Shown: positions 15,463 to 22,838 of the stretch, piece after piece
Numbering within the stretch: position 1 is the first letter of the stretch
How the letters are laid out: each line of letters starts with the position of its first letter
Origin: Aciduliprofundum boonei T469
Lineage (GTDB): Archaea; Thermoplasmatota; Thermoplasmata; Thermoplasmatales; Aciduliprofundaceae
Direction: 5' to 3'
NCBI RefSeq assembly: GCF_000025665.1
Contig: NC_013926.1
Location: forward strand, 600,001 to 632,000
Length of the DNA stretch: 32,000 bases
The notes under the pieces: generated by a model
Databases searched by the model: none
What the model was told of the DNA's origin: nothing
Seen by the model: the letters and a program-made list of their open reading frames with translations, nothing else
Made by a program: the position numbers and the translations under genes

Positions 15463-16072
15463 TTCCAAAGTACTGGGCTACGCCATCGAGAATGTACTGC
15501 ACGGCAAAAGCTGCCACTAAAAGACCCATAACTCTAGTAAATGCTCTTGAGCCCTTCTCACCCATAATCTTGGATATTAGGTTTGAGCCAAGGAAAATCA
15601 AGGCTGTTAAGATGATTATACCGACAATTGATATCACAATAGAGTCCCACTCTGTTGGATACTTGCTCATAAGTATAATTACGAGGGAAATTGCACCCGG
15701 ACCTGCGAGCATGGGCGTTCCTAAGGGCACTATGCCAATATCACCAGTTTCTTCATGCAATGCAACCTTCTTCTTTGTGCTCCTGGGCTTGTCTCCCTCC
15801 TTGACCATTTCTAAGCTAACCAAGAGCATTAAAAGACCGCCTGCAATCATGAGCGCCTCTATTGATATGCCCATAAAATCTAGGATATAAATTCCTAAAA
15901 ATGCAAAGAAAATGAGAAGGACTATGGCTGTTAATGATGCTTCTTTCACTATTTTCCTCTTTTGCGTTTCGCTCAATCCCGTTGTTAGGGACATATAGAG
16001 TGGAAGAGCCGCGAAGGGGTCTATAACCGCAAATAAAGGAATGAATATATGGAGAAATGTGTTAACATCCAT
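15458..16072 (-). CDS. marC: MarC-family (UPF0056) integral membrane protein
   Basis: 204 aa, 6 TM. N-terminal FIPLFAVIDPFAALPLY is the MarC family signature. Confidence 0.8.
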   Translation of the reverse strand: MDVNTFLHIFIPLFAVIDPFAALPLYMSLTTGLSETQKRKIVKEASLTAIVLLIFFAFLGIYILDFMGISIEALMIAGGLLMLLVSLEMVKEGDKPRSTKKKVALHEETGDIGIVPLGTPMLAGPGAISLVIILMSKYPTEWDSIVISIVGIIILTALIFLGSNLISKIMGEKGSRAFTRVMGLLVAAFAVQYILDGVAQYFGI

Positions 16073-16080
16073 GTTTTTCC

Positions 16081-16353
16081 CTACGAAGAGAGTTCTTTGG
16101 AAAGTGTCTCAAGCTTGCCCATGATCATATAAACCATTGTTCTGCCATGCACAGGAATATTTGGGTCGTTTGCAATTTCATCCAGGGCAAATATGGCGCT
16201 GGCAATGCGCACATCTAAAGCTTGCTCTTTCTTGGTAAGTATATCTTTGGCATTTGATATGCCCTTTCTTATATTTCTCGGCAAGGATGTATCCTCGCTG
16301 AGCTCTTCCATCATACTAACTATTTCTTGGTAAAGCTTATCTTTATCCGACAT
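16081..16353 (-). CDS. UPF0147-family small helical protein
   Basis: About 90 aa. ...LSEDTSLPRNIRKGISNAKDIL...DPNIPVHGRT matches the archaeal UPF0147 family. GAGGTGAT SD before ATG 16353; the track start is further upstream. Confidence 0.7.
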   Translation of the reverse strand: MSDKDKLYQEIVSMMEELSEDTSLPRNIRKGISNAKDILTKKEQALDVRIASAIFALDEIANDPNIPVHGRTMVYMIMGKLETLSKELSS

Positions 16354-16363
16354 TCTAATCACC

Positions 16364-16666
16364 TCATTCAAATTTTATTCCCCTCTCTTTGTAAGTATTT
16401 ACAACCATCATTGTCTCGGTTTTCAATACCCCTTCAATCTTTGAGAGCTTGTTTATTATGAAATCTTTAAGTTCCTCGTAGGAGGGGAATTTAACCTTAA
16501 CTATTATATCATACTCTCCAGTAACGAGAAATACATCTTCCACATTGGAAAACTCTCTTGCCTCCTTTGCGAAATTGTCAATGCTCTTCGTATCAACCTG
16601 CACGCCTATAAGGGCAGTAACAATTTGATTATTGTAATAAGCATTCATTATTGAATCATCTTCCAT
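16364..16666 (-). CDS. Stand-alone RAM domain protein (Lrp/AsnC ligand-binding domain only)
   Basis: VTALIGVQVD...VEDVFLVTGEYDIIVKVKF...EELKDFIINKLSKIEGVLKTETMMV is the AsnC-type C-terminal domain; no HTH. AAGGTGAT SD before ATG 16666. Confidence 0.75.
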   Translation of the reverse strand: MEDDSIMNAYYNNQIVTALIGVQVDTKSIDNFAKEAREFSNVEDVFLVTGEYDIIVKVKFPSYEELKDFIINKLSKIEGVLKTETMMVVNTYKERGIKFE

Positions 16667-16718
16667 GGAAATCACCTTTTTGTAAATCCCGTTCATATAT
16701 TTTATATTTTCTGAGAAT

Positions 16719-17558
16719 CTAAAAGACACAGCACATGTCTCTGCGAATAATCTCCATATTTTTCTCCTTCATCATTCGCATAGTTTTAGGTGAGGGGATG
16801 ACAATTCCCTTGCAATTCTTTTCAACGCAGAGTTCCTCAATTTCGTGAAAATCTCTGGGTCTCATGCATCCAAGTACGATTTTCTTGGGAGGAATGGTAG
16901 ATAGGGCATAATTGAAAAAATTCAAGATTTCCTCCCGATTTAGATTGACATCTTCCATAGGAGTTCCCTTTGTGGGTATTAAAACAATTAGCACTAGATT
17001 GTTAAATCTTCTTAGTTCTCTTATTTTCTCCAAAGAGTCATACTCTCCTTTTATTTTGCCAAAATCCAGTCCTGCAATTATGTGTGGGGAGTAATTGAGA
17101 GAGGAAGAATCTAAAAGGTCAAGGGCATGGAAATAATCTTCCTTTGTCTTATTTATTCCAATAACATTTTTTATTGTTTCAGTTGAGCCAATAACATCAA
17201 AGGAGATGTGATGTGGTTGCATTTCTTCAAGGTATTCAATATCTCGCTCATCAATTATCCCAGTATGCACATTTACTATGAGTGAAGTATTCTCCACAAT
17301 CCATTTAACTGCGGGAGCGAATTTCTTTAGAGGAACTTTTCCTTCCTTGGTTGAGCCGCCGCTGAGCAAGAAACCCTTTATTTTTCCCTCATTTTTCTTT
17401 GCAAAATCAATTAGTTTTTCTGGTGTTGTGATAGGAAGCATACCTTTGAGATAGTACCCATTGCAGTGCTTGCACTTTAAAGCGCAGAACTCGCCCGTGA
17501 TGGATATGGATGGAAATGAGCTCGCTGGGTAATAGATGAACATTATTGCCAAGAACAT
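16719..17558 (-). CDS. Radical SAM protein (biotin synthase-related / possibly LipS-like group)
   Basis: 279 aa. CX3CX2C cluster motif CALKCKHC near the N-terminus; GG motif LLSGGS. Subfamily assignment is uncertain. Confidence 0.8.
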   Translation of the reverse strand: MFLAIMFIYYPASSFPSISITGEFCALKCKHCNGYYLKGMLPITTPEKLIDFAKKNEGKIKGFLLSGGSTKEGKVPLKKFAPAVKWIVENTSLIVNVHTGIIDERDIEYLEEMQPHHISFDVIGSTETIKNVIGINKTKEDYFHALDLLDSSSLNYSPHIIAGLDFGKIKGEYDSLEKIRELRRFNNLVLIVLIPTKGTPMEDVNLNREEILNFFNYALSTIPPKKIVLGCMRPRDFHEIEELCVEKNCKGIVIPSPKTMRMMKEKNMEIIRRDMCCVF

Positions 17559-17723
17559 TTTGCCCTTAATAATTCTTTGCGAAAAGGGGCAAGATAAAAT
17601 CCTTGAAGGAGATGAATGGGGAAGGTAAGTTGGGACGGATAAAGGTTAAGATTAATTTTATAATGATGTATTTCGTAAAGTATTTATAATATAAGTTGCA
17701 TATCTTTTGCCGTTGCATAGAAG

Positions 17724-20642
17724 GTGGTGGAAACGAAGAGTAATGGAGTTGTGAAGGTATTAGTGATTTCCTTGTTGCTTTTGATGATTTTCAGTGGGCT
17801 TGTAGTTTTAATAAATGGGGAAAGTGCAAATAGCCATTTACAGGATAATAAACTCTCAAAATCTGCCATTCACAATGCACCTACTCCCGATAATTCACAT
17901 TTTTCTGCGAGTATAGAGAACATCCATCTACATACTCAGAGTTATCATCCATCGCGTGCACATCATTCAAGTCACAGAATGCCATTTTCTAAGAAAGATT
18001 TTAGAAAACTTCACAGAAACGCACCCTATTGGTGGAGTAGTTATAGAAACATATCAATGAGTCATAGAGAGCATTATCCTCCATGGCTGAATTACTCGCA
18101 TGGATTTATGCCTCCTTATAGATTTGCAGGGTGGAATGATAACAATCATAGCTATAGGAATATTAATTTTAAAAAAGCTAAAATTAGTGTAGATGAAAGT
18201 AAGTATACGCCACATGCGCCAATAAGAATAAACAGCAATGCCGATTTCACATCTGCGAATGGAGTGATTGGGGGGAGTGGAACAAAGGATGATCCGTACA
18301 TAATATCTGGATGGGATATTGATGCACACGGAGCTGGAGCTGCAATTTACATTGGAAACACAACAGTTTATTTTGTGGTGAAGAATTGCTACTTGCATAA
18401 TGCATCGTATCATTCAGATCTGTACTTTGAAGGTGATGGCATAACTCTTTACAATGTAACAAATGGAAATTTGGAAAACAACAATTGCAGCAATAATGGA
18501 TGGGATGGCATAGGTATATGGTATTCCAGCAACAACACTATATCCAGTAATATCTGTAGTAATAATAGGCAACAGGTCGGTATAAATATGTGGTCTTCCA
18601 GCAACAATGTTATATCCAACAATACTTGCAGCAATAATTGGGTTGGCATAGGTATAGGGTCTTCCAGCAACAACAATAGATTGTATGGGAACAAGCTAAC
18701 AAACGATGGGATTGTTTTAGGGGGATGTAAAGAGACATTCACCACGCAAGATATCCTTACAAACAACACGGTAAATGGCAAACCCGTGTACTACTACAAG
18801 AATGTGAATATGAGAAATGCAACAGTTCCTGAGAATGCAGGGCAGGTGATCCTCGGGAATGTTTCTTGGCTTAAAATAGAAAATCTAAGAATATCCAACG
18901 CATCCATTGCGATAGAAATTGGATATTCCTCCAATATTACTATCAGAAACAATACTTGCAGCAATAATAGTCGGGATGGCATAGGGATATGGTCTTCCAA
19001 CAACACTATATCAAACAACAATTGCAGCAATAATGGGTGGGATGGCATAGAGATAGGGTCTTCCAGCAACACTATATCAAACAATACTTGCAGCAATAAT
19101 AGTCGGGATGGCATAGGGATATGGTCTTCCAGCAACACTATATCAAACAACAATTGCAGCAATAATGGGTGGGATGGCATAGAGATAGGGTCTTCCAGCA
19201 ACACTATATCAAACAACAATTGCAGCAATAATGGGTGGGATGGCATAGGGATAGTGTGGTCTTCCAACAACACTATATCAAACAATACTTGCAGCAATAA
19301 TAGTCGGGATGGCATAGGGATATGGTCTTCCAGCGATAATGTTATATCCAATAACAATTGCAGCAATAATGGGTGGGATGGCATAGATATAGAGTATTCC
19401 AGCAACAATGTTATATCCAATAATAATTGCAGCAATAATGAAGGGAGTGGCATAGCTATATTTGTTTCCAGCAACAATAGATTGTACGGGAACAAGCTAG
19501 CGAATAATGGAATTGTGTTATGGGGAGGTAAAGAGACATTCACCACACAAGATATACCTACAAACAATACAGTAAATGGCAAGCCAGTGTACTACTACAA
19601 GAATGTGAATATGAGAAATGCAACAGTTCCTGAGAATGCGGGGCAGGTGATCCTTGGAAATGTCTCTTGGCTTAAAATAGAAAATCTGAGGATATCCAAC
19701 GCATCCATCGCGATAGAAATTGGATATTCCTCCAATATTACTATCAGAAACAATACTTGCAGCAATAATGGGAATGGCATAGATATAGAAGAGTCTTCCA
19801 GCAACACTATATCCAACAATACTTGCAGCAATAATGAAGGGGGTGGCATAGCTATATGGTCTTCCAGCGACAATGTTATATCCAATAACAATTGCAGCAA
19901 TAATGGGTGGGATGGCATAGATATAGAGTATTCCAGCAACAATGTTATGAGATTCAATTTGATATCTAACAATTACTATTATGGTATCTATATAGGTTTT
20001 GGTTCGGGGAATATAATATACGGTAACTCATTTTACTACAATCATGGCTCAGGAGATACTTATAATTCCTCCCATGTTCAGGCACGCGATGGTGGTTATG
20101 ATAATTACTGGAACTCTTCGACAGGCATAGGCAACTACTGGCATGACTGGGCAAATAACAATAATAGCAATGATAAAAATGGGGATGGAATAGTGGACTG
20201 GCCTTACCCAATACCTGGTTGGGCGGGAGCAAAGGACTATTATCCCCTAAAAAATCCATTAACCCCTGTGCCTAAACTAACACCTACAGCCCCAAGAAAT
20301 CTCAAAGCTCAAACAGGAATGGGTTATGTGAATTTAACCTGGGAGCAACCAGTTGGGCAGGGTACATCTAACATTTCGGAATATAAAATATATCGCAATG
20401 GTACTCTAATAGCAACAGTACCTGCTACTCAACTTTGGTACAACGACACTAATGTAGTTCCTGGAGTTAATTACTCATACTATGTCACTGCAGTAAATTC
20501 AGTTGGAGAGTCACAGCCCAGCAACACCGTAAAAGCTACACCAACAGGGGCCATACCAGAGTTCTCAAGTGCGTGGATAGCAATAATAACAATACTATCC
20601 TTGCTTGTAGTATTTCGTAGGAGGAAAGTCAAGAAAACCTGA
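17724..20642 (+). CDS. Large secreted/cell-surface right-handed beta-helix repeat protein (NosD/PbH1-like) with FN3-like domain and PEF-CTERM-like anchor
   Basis: 972 aa. N-terminal signal/TM (VLVISLLLLMIFSGLVVLI), a His/Tyr/Trp/Arg-rich ~110-aa segment, many 22-23-aa repeats NNxCSNNGWDGIxIxxSSNNTISNN, an FN3-like block (APRNLKA...YSYYVTAVNSVGES), and C-terminal PEF-SSAWIAIITILSLLVVF-RRRKVKKT. Confidence 0.85.
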   Translation: MVETKSNGVVKVLVISLLLLMIFSGLVVLINGESANSHLQDNKLSKSAIHNAPTPDNSHFSASIENIHLHTQSYHPSRAHHSSHRMPFSKKDFRKLHRNAPYWWSSYRNISMSHREHYPPWLNYSHGFMPPYRFAGWNDNNHSYRNINFKKAKISVDESKYTPHAPIRINSNADFTSANGVIGGSGTKDDPYIISGWDIDAHGAGAAIYIGNTTVYFVVKNCYLHNASYHSDLYFEGDGITLYNVTNGNLENNNCSNNGWDGIGIWYSSNNTISSNICSNNRQQVGINMWSSSNNVISNNTCSNNWVGIGIGSSSNNNRLYGNKLTNDGIVLGGCKETFTTQDILTNNTVNGKPVYYYKNVNMRNATVPENAGQVILGNVSWLKIENLRISNASIAIEIGYSSNITIRNNTCSNNSRDGIGIWSSNNTISNNNCSNNGWDGIEIGSSSNTISNNTCSNNSRDGIGIWSSSNTISNNNCSNNGWDGIEIGSSSNTISNNNCSNNGWDGIGIVWSSNNTISNNTCSNNSRDGIGIWSSSDNVISNNNCSNNGWDGIDIEYSSNNVISNNNCSNNEGSGIAIFVSSNNRLYGNKLANNGIVLWGGKETFTTQDIPTNNTVNGKPVYYYKNVNMRNATVPENAGQVILGNVSWLKIENLRISNASIAIEIGYSSNITIRNNTCSNNGNGIDIEESSSNTISNNTCSNNEGGGIAIWSSSDNVISNNNCSNNGWDGIDIEYSSNNVMRFNLISNNYYYGIYIGFGSGNIIYGNSFYYNHGSGDTYNSSHVQARDGGYDNYWNSSTGIGNYWHDWANNNNSNDKNGDGIVDWPYPIPGWAGAKDYYPLKNPLTPVPKLTPTAPRNLKAQTGMGYVNLTWEQPVGQGTSNISEYKIYRNGTLIATVPATQLWYNDTNVVPGVNYSYYVTAVNSVGESQPSNTVKATPTGAIPEFSSAWIAIITILSLLVVFRRRKVKKT
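18678..18968 (+). repeat. Intragenic 291-nt segment, copy 1 (copy 2 at 19479-19769)
   Basis: Encodes RLYGNKLTNDGIVLGG...NATVPENAGQVILGNVSWLKIENLRISNASIAIEIGYSSNITIRNNTCSNN. About nine-tenths nt identity to copy 2 by eye, including a 53-nt perfect core. Copies are offset by exactly 801 nt, in frame. Confidence 0.85.
18948..19211 (+). repeat. Tandem 132-nt x2 intragenic repeat (two 22-aa beta-helix coils per unit)
   Basis: Unit 1 (18948-19079) and unit 2 (19080-19211) differ at a single nucleotide (aac vs agc, N/S). Confidence 0.9.
19323..19414 (+). repeat. 92-nt intragenic repeat, copy 1 (copy 2 at 19857-19948)
   Basis: tggtcttccagcgaTaatgtt...caacaatgttat; one mismatch (gat/gac) between the copies, offset 534 nt, in frame. 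Confidence 0.85.
19479..19769 (+). repeat. Intragenic 291-nt segment, copy 2 (copy 1 at 18678-18968)
   Basis: See copy 1; same reading frame and same length. Confidence 0.85.
19857..19948 (+). repeat. 92-nt intragenic repeat, copy 2
   Basis: See 19323-19414. Confidence 0.85.
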
Positions 20643-20930
20643 GGTTCAAAACCACAGATTGCAAGGAAATTAAGCTTTACAATATAATCTTGCATATTCT
20701 CTCACATAGACAATTTAAAATGACGCCAGAAACAAATCTTTATGATTAGCTTTGAATCTATTGAGAGAAAAATATATCCTGCGAGGAAATAACAAATAGG
20801 GTAAGTTGAATTCCTAGAAAAACAGGAAAATAGGAAATAAAAACAGGGTAAAGTTACACATGGAGATCATAGGTTGGGACTTTAAAGAGAATGGGTTTAG
20901 AAGCAACAAAGAAATATGGGAAAATGTATA

Positions 20931-20953
20931 ATTTCCAACCTTTTTTTGGAAAT
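20931..20953 (+). other. Perfect 8-bp hairpin ATTTCCAA-CCTTTTT-TTGGAAAT overlapping a T7 run, in an ORF-free spacer
   Basis: Read directly from the sequence. Could be a terminator-like element or a protein-binding dyad. Confidence 0.35.
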
Positions 20954-21051
20954 CTCTTTTGCAATCTTTTATAACTTATCTCTTATTTTATTTTCTACCA
21001 GAGCTGCAACTAACACCGAAAAGATAAATAATCCCTCGTATCTCCATTCCT

Positions 21052-21858
21052 ATGGAGATAATACGCTTGGCGAGAGAAGAGGATTATAAGTTTATTTTGG
21101 AAATATCAAAGCTCACTTGGAATGGGGAGGATTACCTTCATAAGGCGTTTAATTCTTGGCTTAGAGATGGAAATTTCTATGTTTTGGAGATAGATGGTAA
21201 TGTGGTAGGAACCGTTAAACTAAGTATCTTGCCTGATAGAGTTGGGTGGCTCGAGGGATTGAGGGTACATCCAGCATATCGTGGCAAGGGCTATGGTAAA
21301 AAATTGCACAGGTACATTGTAAATATTGGAGTAAAATTATGTGAAGAGGGGAAAATAGACACGGTCGAATTTGCAACGCATCTGCTCAACAAGGAGAGCA
21401 GGAAGATGGCTGAAGATGATGGATTTAAGAGCGTTAAAAGATTTTATTTCTCTTACAGGGAACCCCTTGAACCTTTGAAATTTGAAAAATCAAAAATAAG
21501 AATGGAAGATATATGGACAGAGGATTACATACCTTATGGCTGGAAGTTTTTGCATAAAACGCAAGATTCTATAAATTGGTTAAACGAGAATGCGGGAATA
21601 GGGAGAATTGAGAATTATAAATTCATTTACTCTCTTCAAGACACAGAGCCATCATTTTTTCCTCTTGATGTTTCAAGAGAAGGATTGGCTAAAATTATAC
21701 GGGCAATGAGTTATTATGCCATCTCCCAAGGAAAGAAAAGCATAGGGGTGATGATTCCGCAGGGAAGTGAGGATGTTTTATCATTTTTAATTGGGCAAGG
21801 GTTTGAGAGCATGGTTGATTTCAAAGTTCCAGATGTGTTGATTTATAGATTAAAATAA
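21052..21858 (+). CDS. GNAT-family N-acetyltransferase with an extra C-terminal domain
   Basis: 268 aa. Acetyl-CoA motif LRVHPAYRGKGYGKKL (R/Q-x-x-G-x-G/A). Confidence 0.85.
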   Translation: MEIIRLAREEDYKFILEISKLTWNGEDYLHKAFNSWLRDGNFYVLEIDGNVVGTVKLSILPDRVGWLEGLRVHPAYRGKGYGKKLHRYIVNIGVKLCEEGKIDTVEFATHLLNKESRKMAEDDGFKSVKRFYFSYREPLEPLKFEKSKIRMEDIWTEDYIPYGWKFLHKTQDSINWLNENAGIGRIENYKFIYSLQDTEPSFFPLDVSREGLAKIIRAMSYYAISQGKKSIGVMIPQGSEDVLSFLIGQGFESMVDFKVPDVLIYRLK

Positions 21859-21877
21859 CGAATGCATGAAGATGCAA

Positions 21878-21891
21878 GTTTTATTTTTTCC
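21878..21891 (+). terminator. Oligo-T tract after the GNAT gene
   Basis: GTTTTATTTTTTCC, 20 nt after the stop; archaeal terminators are T-runs. Confidence 0.45.
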
Positions 21892-21928
21892 AAAAAATAT
21901 TTATCGTAGAACCTCATAATTGGAATTG

Positions 21929-22210
21929 ATGGGTAGAAAGTATAGTGTTTCAGAGGCCACATACGTGGATAGAATCTATGTGCCCTATGTTTTAATTCCT
22001 CTATGGCAAATTAGGTTAAAAGAGAGATATGGTATTGAAGTGGACAGGGATATTGTGCGCATTCTTGTGGAAGCAAGGTACAGCCGTTCCACATGGAAAT
22101 GGCATAGAGCCATAAAGAGAGTGTCAGAAGAGTTGAGAAAGAGGGGTATATCAGCGGCACATGCATCTCAATTAGCCCATAAACTGGTTAATGCAGTGGC
22201 AAGTTTATGA
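21929..22210 (+). CDS. Small basic helical protein (93 aa), unknown function, translationally coupled to the METTL5-like gene
   Basis: ORF track (TTG 21920; first ATG 21929). No Cys and no motif I recognise. Its stop overlaps the next start in ATGA. Confidence 0.6.
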   Translation: MGRKYSVSEATYVDRIYVPYVLIPLWQIRLKERYGIEVDRDIVRILVEARYSRSTWKWHRAIKRVSEELRKRGISAAHASQLAHKLVNAVASL

Positions 22211-22812
22211 AGAAGAAAAAACTGGAAATATTGATGGAAGGCGTGGAAAATTACAAAAATCCAAAGGCCTCATTGGAGCAGTATTTTACTCCTGCCACCA
22301 TTGCATCGGATATAATGTTTCTTGCATATTCTTTGGGAGATATTGAAGGCAAGATTTTGGCAGATTTTGGAGCGGGTACGGGGATATTCACCATAGGGGC
22401 TTGTCTTTTAGGTGCTCGCAAGATTTTTTCTGTGGAGATAGATGTAGGAGCAATTGAAATTTTGAAGAAAAATTTGGAGAAGTATAAATGTTCTGCAGAG
22501 ATTTTGAATATGAATGTTGAAGAGTTCAATTCTGAGGTTGATACTGTGGTGCAGAATCCTCCTTTTGGAGCGCAGAACAGACATGCAGACCTACCCTTCT
22601 TGGAAAAGGCAATGCAAGTTGCTAATGTAATTTACACTCTTCATAATGCAAACACTTCTGAGTTCATAGAACGCAAGATTTTTCAAAATGGGTGGGAAAT
22701 AACTCATAGGAAATTTTATGATTTTTCCATTCCATATATGTATGGTTTTCACAGGAAGGAAGAGGTAAGGAGGAGAGTGGTGTTTTATAGAATTGTGCGT
22801 AGGAGATTTTAA
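22207..22812 (+). CDS. METTL5-like N6-adenine rRNA methyltransferase
   Basis: 201 aa, collinear with human METTL5 as I remember it: KKLE...NPK..LEQY.TP..IA, SAM motif DFGAGTG, catalytic VVQNPPFG, FLEKA...IYTLH, FHRK near the C-terminus. Confidence 0.85.
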   Translation: MKKKKLEILMEGVENYKNPKASLEQYFTPATIASDIMFLAYSLGDIEGKILADFGAGTGIFTIGACLLGARKIFSVEIDVGAIEILKKNLEKYKCSAEILNMNVEEFNSEVDTVVQNPPFGAQNRHADLPFLEKAMQVANVIYTLHNANTSEFIERKIFQNGWEITHRKFYDFSIPYMYGFHRKEEVRRRVVFYRIVRRRF

Positions 22813-22838
22813 ATATTGGGATTAACTATGGGGAAAGC

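Noticed and set aside
15405-15890. 161-aa + strand ORF antisense to marC.
   Set aside because: It fully overlaps a well-supported MarC membrane protein gene and has no recognisable features. Only its first ~55 nt coincide with the GC-rich structured element, which is reported separately as RNA.
18054-20259. Long antisense ORFs inside the surface-protein gene (e.g. 18794-19582, 262 aa; 19595-19972; 18449-18781), with Leu-rich repetitive translations.
   Set aside because: They mirror the repeat structure of the sense gene (LLLQLLFDIVLLED... is the reverse complement of the NN-CSNN coils). They exist only because AAT/AAC/AGC-rich codons lack stops in the antisense frame. No start context and no independent features.
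17724-20642. Diversity-generating retroelement or CRISPR-like origin of the near-identical repeats.
   Set aside because: No reverse transcriptase, no template repeat outside the gene, and no adenine-specific mismatch pattern (the few differences are mixed). The repeats are in-frame coding coils, not spacer-separated units. No CRISPR array or cas gene occurs anywhere in the window.
20860-20931. Mini-ORF MEIIGWDF... as a leader peptide or attenuator for the GNAT gene, since both begin MEII.
   Set aside because: Similarity is limited to the first ~12 nt and could be chance. There is no SD, and attenuation of this type is not established in archaea. It is mentioned only as part of the spacer finding.
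20643-21051. Replication origin: AT-rich ORF-free spacer with TTCCA...TGGAA-type dyad and direct repeats reminiscent of ORB elements.
   Set aside because: No orc1/cdc6 gene is adjacent. The dyad spacing (7-nt T-rich spacer) differs from the ORB/mini-ORB cores I recall. There is only one dyad and one weak repeat pair.
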